From Klebsiella phage phiKp_32, in sequence record LC768500.1: 64,000 nt of DNA. The stretch is one strand, 5' to 3'. This document shows positions 59,256-64,000 of this stretch, one piece after another (the stretch's first letter is position 1; each line of letters begins with the position of its first letter). A program made the translations under genes and the position numbers. Under the pieces are notes generated by a model. That model searched no databases. It saw only the letters and a program-made list of their open reading frames with translations, and was not told the origin of the DNA.

Positions 59256-59689
59256 CGATGAATGAACAAACCACTTATAAATCAGGTTATCTCCCCATCC
59301 AACTCGAAGGGTGCTCTAAAGAACAACTCATTGACATCAACGACCAGTTATTCAGCAGGCTTAAAGAACTTCGTAAAACCTATCTTCCGGGAGATTACGA
59401 AATCACCCTCATCACCGATATTCTGAAAGGCAAAGAACCCGAAAAGAATAGTTTCTTTTACAGTTTGGTCGGAACTCATACCACCCATCTGGGAGATCGT
59501 CTCGACTCAGAGTTTAAAATCAAATTAAATTCTGTGGCAATTTTCCCTTACTCTTGGGTTCTCAGGGGTCATAAAGCCAGAAACGATAAAGATCCCGAAA
59601 TTAAAAGATTGAAGAAACACCTCTTTCGTATTTATAAACACAATCTTCATAAGCGGTCTAAATTCCATAAATTAAGGAAAGGTCAATGA
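59252..59689 (+). CDS. hypothetical protein with a basic C-terminus
   Basis: ORF with ATGA overlap. Confidence 0.5.
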   Translation: MTMNEQTTYKSGYLPIQLEGCSKEQLIDINDQLFSRLKELRKTYLPGDYEITLITDILKGKEPEKNSFFYSLVGTHTTHLGDRLDSEFKIKLNSVAIFPYSWVLRGHKARNDKDPEIKRLKKHLFRIYKHNLHKRSKFHKLRKGQ

Positions 59690-60006
59690 GAGCTTGTAAG
59701 CAACCCTTTACGATACATCGATACCCTAGTGTCGATAAGTTAATAAGCGAACCCGGGAACAAATCTCTGCTGTTATTGAGTTTCTTCAACTTAGAGATCA
59801 AAATCAAGAACGCAGAGCTTAGGGCCGTTAACAATCCATTTCCAGGAGATGTTTTCTTTACTGAGGAAGTCGGTAACGATAAAATTCTCTTAGTTGTCCG
59901 GTTTAACCTCGGTACCGGGGAACGTTACTACCAACTCAATAATCTGGAATGGGTTGTTTGCACTAACTCTCTCACCGTGAGAGAACTCACTTTACTTTTA
60001 GGATAA
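59686..60006 (+). CDS. hypothetical protein
   Basis: ORF with ATGA overlap. Confidence 0.5.
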   Translation: MRACKQPFTIHRYPSVDKLISEPGNKSLLLLSFFNLEIKIKNAELRAVNNPFPGDVFFTEEVGNDKILLVVRFNLGTGERYYQLNNLEWVVCTNSLTVRELTLLLG

Positions 60007-60011
60007 TCATT

Positions 60012-60518
60012 ATGAACGATATTTTTGTTGTTGGTAAAGCAGAACAATCTGTTATTGATAAAGCACGCGCCTACAATAACCTCGTCAATGAAACCGATTT
60101 CGGAGACGGTAAAATCAAAACGGTTAACGAAGCTATCGTGCAGCGTCTGCTCTGTGAAGCAGAGGAGCTCGGTTTAGATATCGATCAAGAGCCGTTTGCT
60201 TCTCTGGGGAATCGCCAATTCACATTCTACCGCGTCCCGGAAGACGCTCATCTCATTCCATGGCATAACCATGTTTTCAACATCTGTCAAGTGGAAGACA
60301 AACTTCAGGCACGTGACGCTAAAATCGTCGCGATGACATTGAACGGATTTGACTACCAGATCGAGGTTGATTCGGAACGAGGAACTCGTACCTACTACCT
60401 TAACGGTCAACGTATTTGCGATTGCACCGGTACTCCGACGTTACAAGATTTCAAAGATCTCTTCTCCGAAGAACGTCGTCGTTATTTCCAGCGATTAGAG
60501 CAGACCCTTCGGGGTTAG
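60012..60518 (+). CDS. hypothetical protein
   Basis: 168-aa ORF. Confidence 0.5.
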   Translation: MNDIFVVGKAEQSVIDKARAYNNLVNETDFGDGKIKTVNEAIVQRLLCEAEELGLDIDQEPFASLGNRQFTFYRVPEDAHLIPWHNHVFNICQVEDKLQARDAKIVAMTLNGFDYQIEVDSERGTRTYYLNGQRICDCTGTPTLQDFKDLFSEERRRYFQRLEQTLRG

Positions 60519-60526
60519 GAGTTGAG

Positions 60527-61021
60527 ATGGATAAGAAAGGTCAAGGTTCTCTTTACGGTAAACTCTCCTTTTTGGGTTTTCGCACCGGTGAAAACCCAAA
60601 GGAAGGTTTCGATCTCCTAGATTTCGTATGGGGGGGGGTGACACCCGGTGAACTTTCCAATTCCGAAGTAATGGGGGTGTATTTAGATCCGTTCTCGCTT
60701 AAAGTAGAGAAAGTGGTGCTGAAGACGGGCGAAGAGGTAATGACGGCCGGTTGTACTCTAAACTACTCGGGTATAGCCGCTAATCACACAAGTCATATCT
60801 ACCATGTCCGGGCGGAGGTCTATGGAAGGGGTAATTGCAACTTCGGATTAATTTATGATCACGAAACTGAGAAACTCCATTTCATTGAACGCAGTGATAT
60901 TGACATCAAAGAAAGTGAGGAGCTTCAACACACAACTATTGAAAAACTCATACTTTCTTACGACGTGGTAAAATTCGAAGGTAGTCCGCAAGAATACATC
61001 GAATTTATGAAAACCCGTTAA
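60527..61021 (+). CDS. hypothetical protein (start at ATG 60527)
   Basis: TTAGGAGTTGAG-ATG; the upstream extension overlaps the previous gene. Confidence 0.5.
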   Translation: MDKKGQGSLYGKLSFLGFRTGENPKEGFDLLDFVWGGVTPGELSNSEVMGVYLDPFSLKVEKVVLKTGEEVMTAGCTLNYSGIAANHTSHIYHVRAEVYGRGNCNFGLIYDHETEKLHFIERSDIDIKESEELQHTTIEKLILSYDVVKFEGSPQEYIEFMKTR

Positions 61022-61027
61022 AACCAA

Positions 61028-61080
61028 CTATACCCTCCTCCCCGATAAGGGGAGGAGAGTATAACTTATTTTTTTTTTTC
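61028..61080 (+). terminator. rho-independent terminator TATACCCTCCTCCCCGATAAGGGGAGGAGAGTATA plus T-run
   Basis: GC-rich hairpin followed by T11. Confidence 0.7.
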
Positions 61081-62571
61081 TTACCGGTAGGCGTCTTTAG
61101 TCAGCGTTCGTAAAACGATATACAGCATCAGACTCGTTCTTAATGAACTTACTGTAATTCGGGTTTTTATCCCCGTCAGTTGTCTGACAATGTCATCGCC
61201 TTCATCTCGCATCTTAAAGACACTTTGGTTTTGACTACGGCTACTGAGGTACGCGCCCCGCATTCGACGTAACACTTCTCTCAGGTCGTTAGCCCGAATG
61301 CCGTTTTCCGTTAAGTATTCGAACAGGTGGGTGGTAACTTCGTCGACGAACTCTCTGTACTTAGCTCCCTTCGGCGAGTTATACTGATCGGGGAATACCC
61401 GGATAATTCGCTCCAGTTTATCCCTGGGAGAGTTGTCAATGGCTTCCGCAGCGTAACCTACCAGCTCGTCCTTGTAAAAGCCCGCAGAAGAACTGAGGAC
61501 GTTTTGGATGTAGTTTTTATACTGAGTAACGTTCTTCGTCACCTCTCGTACACTCACTCCATCTTCCAGCGTGACCATCCCGCCGTCCAATCTGACGATA
61601 TTCGTTTTCGATTTCACTTCATGGAAAACTTTGTTAATGTCGTTGATCACGCCTCTGAGTCGATCCTGGATATCACCGACCATGTAAATGATTTTCTTAT
61701 CATCATCCATGGTGGTAAACGTTTTATAGTGAATCCCTGTTTTGGGATCTAAAATAAACTCGGCTCTAGCTCGAATTAACGCCATCCAACTACCGTAACG
61801 TTTGATATCATAACGCATACTTAAACGGTTATAGGTTTCCATGGCGATCTCTTTCTTCGCCAGGTACTTATAATCGTTCGCCATAATACTCGTCAAACAT
61901 TTGTAATGGTACATCGCTAAGATGTTAACCATCGCATTGTGTTTAACGCGATCATGGAGATCGCTATGAAACGTCCGGTACAGCAGGTAAACGATGCTTA
62001 GGTTAAATACGTCACCGGTCACTTTCCAGGTCGCATTGATCAGTTTACAGGCGTGGAGGTTTTCTCGTAATTCTTCTTCGTCGACATCGAAGATTTCAGT
62101 GAACCAGCGATTTCTGTCTTCTGATGTGAAAACGATTCGGTGGATACCCAAATAGGGATTTCCGAAGAATTCCACGTACTGTTCGTTCTTGGTGGTAAAC
62201 CCAATGACATACCGAGTTAATCTATCGGCCCAACGGTTATCGATTTCTAAATCGTGTCCGAATGCGTTAAACACACCGAGTATCGCGTGATCGGTATTGA
62301 AATTGTAGTTGGGCAGCAGGGCTTCAAAACCAGATATCCCAAATGTTTTTTGAAGGAGTTTTTCGATTCCCTTGTCGGGAGTAATCTCTTCGAACATTTT
62401 GACTTCAGGTTCGGCGTCGTACATCCCGTCTTCGACCAACATCGGATCGCCGCTTAAAATCCCGCTAGGATCAAATACAGGCAGTCCAGAAAGTTTATCG
62501 AACCATTGACGGTCGTCATTCTGAAAATAGCTCTCAGAGCCATTGAGACGATCTGCGTACTGATTAAACAT
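61081..62571 (-). CDS. hypothetical protein
   Basis: 496-aa ORF. Confidence 0.6.
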   Translation of the reverse strand: MFNQYADRLNGSESYFQNDDRQWFDKLSGLPVFDPSGILSGDPMLVEDGMYDAEPEVKMFEEITPDKGIEKLLQKTFGISGFEALLPNYNFNTDHAILGVFNAFGHDLEIDNRWADRLTRYVIGFTTKNEQYVEFFGNPYLGIHRIVFTSEDRNRWFTEIFDVDEEELRENLHACKLINATWKVTGDVFNLSIVYLLYRTFHSDLHDRVKHNAMVNILAMYHYKCLTSIMANDYKYLAKKEIAMETYNRLSMRYDIKRYGSWMALIRARAEFILDPKTGIHYKTFTTMDDDKKIIYMVGDIQDRLRGVINDINKVFHEVKSKTNIVRLDGGMVTLEDGVSVREVTKNVTQYKNYIQNVLSSSAGFYKDELVGYAAEAIDNSPRDKLERIIRVFPDQYNSPKGAKYREFVDEVTTHLFEYLTENGIRANDLREVLRRMRGAYLSSRSQNQSVFKMRDEGDDIVRQLTGIKTRITVSSLRTSLMLYIVLRTLTKDAYR

Positions 62572-62579
62572 ATCGTCTC

Positions 62580-63530
62580 CTAGATCCGACTCGGGACTGA
62601 ATTTCTGATGGCGTTGTATCTCCGATCCGGGTCAGAATACGTCATGAGTTTTATCCAGCGAGTTTTAAACAATTCTTCGTACTGGTTAAGACTATCACGG
62701 TATTCGGCGATGTCGTCACGGATGATATCAACTTGAACCCCAGAACGCGCCACGCCTTCGTCGACTTTGTATCGAACGGTTTTCCAGATATAATTCTTGG
62801 TCATCAGGATAACCAAGTCGGCGAATACGTCGTAGGCTCTTGGATGGATCGTCGATAACCCATCGTCGTAACTCAGGATAAGTTTACCTGTCAGGGAGAA
62901 CACCCCACTCGGCGCCCCATGAATTACAAACGAGTTATTCCCGACGAGGGTTATGTTCGTGAACGTCTGGGGGATTTCTCGGTTGGGTAGCATCCCGTTG
63001 ATCATGGAGTTCAATGCGTCGTTGACAGTACCTACCCCACAGGAGTCGGCGTTGCCAAGCACGCTCATGATTCCGCTGGAGGAATTCATCGCCCCCTGGT
63101 AAACTTCCACAACCGAAATAATTTTCCGACCACCCGTCAAGAAATCTGGAACGTTCACCAGTTCCATTCCCTGTCCGAGATGTTCGATCCGTGATCCGGT
63201 TAAATCAATCAGTTCGGTTACCCCACCCTGGACGTTGCACCGGGGTAGGATGATCGCATGTATAATTTTTTCTCGAATACCTTGCTGAACGGTGGTCTGC
63301 GCGTACTGGTTATACCAGTTCCCGGTCAGATTCCCGTTAGGGTTCGAGAACGCAAGCTCCAACAGGTACTCAGGGATGTCACTCCCGTTGAGAACTTTGT
63401 TGATCGCGTAGTCCACGCAGTTCATAATCAACTCCCACACTGAGTTTCGGGACTGGAGAAATTTCCGTCTCGATAAAAAATTCAACTGAGAATTTTTACT
63501 CTGGGGTTTTCGGCGGTTATAATATTCCAC
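62580..63530 (-). CDS. hypothetical protein
   Basis: 316-aa ORF. Confidence 0.55.
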   Translation of the reverse strand: MEYYNRRKPQSKNSQLNFLSRRKFLQSRNSVWELIMNCVDYAINKVLNGSDIPEYLLELAFSNPNGNLTGNWYNQYAQTTVQQGIREKIIHAIILPRCNVQGGVTELIDLTGSRIEHLGQGMELVNVPDFLTGGRKIISVVEVYQGAMNSSSGIMSVLGNADSCGVGTVNDALNSMINGMLPNREIPQTFTNITLVGNNSFVIHGAPSGVFSLTGKLILSYDDGLSTIHPRAYDVFADLVILMTKNYIWKTVRYKVDEGVARSGVQVDIIRDDIAEYRDSLNQYEELFKTRWIKLMTYSDPDRRYNAIRNSVPSRI

Positions 63531-63629
63531 TGCGGGAATTTAAAAACTCATCGGGTTTATGATCCCGTATGTTTTTGAGTTTTATTTCCCGTATAAAATA
63601 CTCCGTGCCGTAAGATAACACCCCACAGA

Positions 63630-63671
63630 AAAAACCTCGCCTTCGGAACATTTCCTCGAAGGCGAGTTGCC
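63630..63671 (-). terminator. hairpin CTCGCCTTCG..CGAAGGCGAG with a T-run on the minus strand
   Basis: 10-bp perfect stem; AAAAAA on the plus strand 5' of it gives a T-run after the stem in the minus direction. Confidence 0.5.
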
Positions 63672-63723
63672 ATGATCTCACTCGAGCAAGAATCAATCCG
63701 ACATACAATCCCAAGCGTTCCAA

Positions 63724-64000
63724 ATATTTTCCATCGGGATTTTGGTTATCTGTAAATTTTTACACATGAATCTATTTTATATTAATATTTTTCGCGTGCG
63801 CGGATATTCTAAATTTTCAAAGATAATCTAAAACCGATTCCAGTTCTGGGTTTTTATTTTTCTGTGTTTTGATTTTCCAAATCCAATTTTCAAAAATCTA
63901 AATCTAAAAAATCTAAAAAATTTAATACTCAAAAAAATCAATTTTTCCTAGGGGTCCTTATTACGCGTGCGTACGCCCGCACGCGTATAAAAAATAAATA
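63724..64000. promoter_or_regulatory. AT-rich non-coding region with short direct repeats (AATCTAAA) and GC palindromes (CGCGTGCG / CGCACGCG)
   Basis: No ORFs; AATCTAAA-type repeats at about 63826-63925; TACGCGTGCGtacgccCGCACGCGTA hairpin at 63962-63987; CGCGTGCG also at 63793. Confidence 0.4.

Noticed and set aside
63517-63723. 68-aa minus-strand ORF
   Set aside because: Overlaps a strong terminator hairpin. No RBS.
63826-63925. Possible CRISPR array from repeated AATCTAAA units
   Set aside because: Repeats are 8-9 nt, irregularly spaced, with no spacers of 25-40 nt. Typical AT-rich iteron or promoter region.

Overview
This window reads as a densely packed jumbo myophage (phiKZ-like) segment. 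About 60 protein genes are separated by short gaps, and most are closed by GC-rich hairpins built on a shared TACTCCTAC...GTAGGAGTA theme. Recognisable genes are thymidine kinase (5'-truncated at the window edge), a superfamily 2 helicase, a UvsX/RecA-like recombinase, two free-standing HNH endonucleases, a 2268-aa virion protein with a GH19-type muralytic domain, a split multisubunit RNA polymerase beta-prime gene pair, an endolysin, an HD-domain protein, a putative tail sheath/tube pair, a large terminase and thymidylate kinase.

Three self-splicing elements sit inside essential genes. An ORF-less group I intron (377 nt) cuts the RNAP beta-prime catalytic motif exactly at ..GGDFD|GDQ... A second group I intron (about 1.38 kb) carries an HNH homing endonuclease and cuts the beta-prime C-terminal polypeptide in its LPRVAELFEAR-like motif. 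An intein of about 350 aa with a LAGLIDADG endonuclease is inserted in the Walker A loop of the large terminase (..RQFGK|intein|TVSAQ..). The intein starts with Leu and carries class-3-like H-x-W, Cys and T-H-N signatures.

Other points of note are a conserved TTAGGAG-N8-ATG initiation motif, a perfect 24-nt AT palindrome in a divergent promoter region, a possible +1 frameshift pair, and an AT-rich iteron-like region with CGCGTGCG palindromes at the 3' end of the window. Most remaining ORFs are hypothetical.
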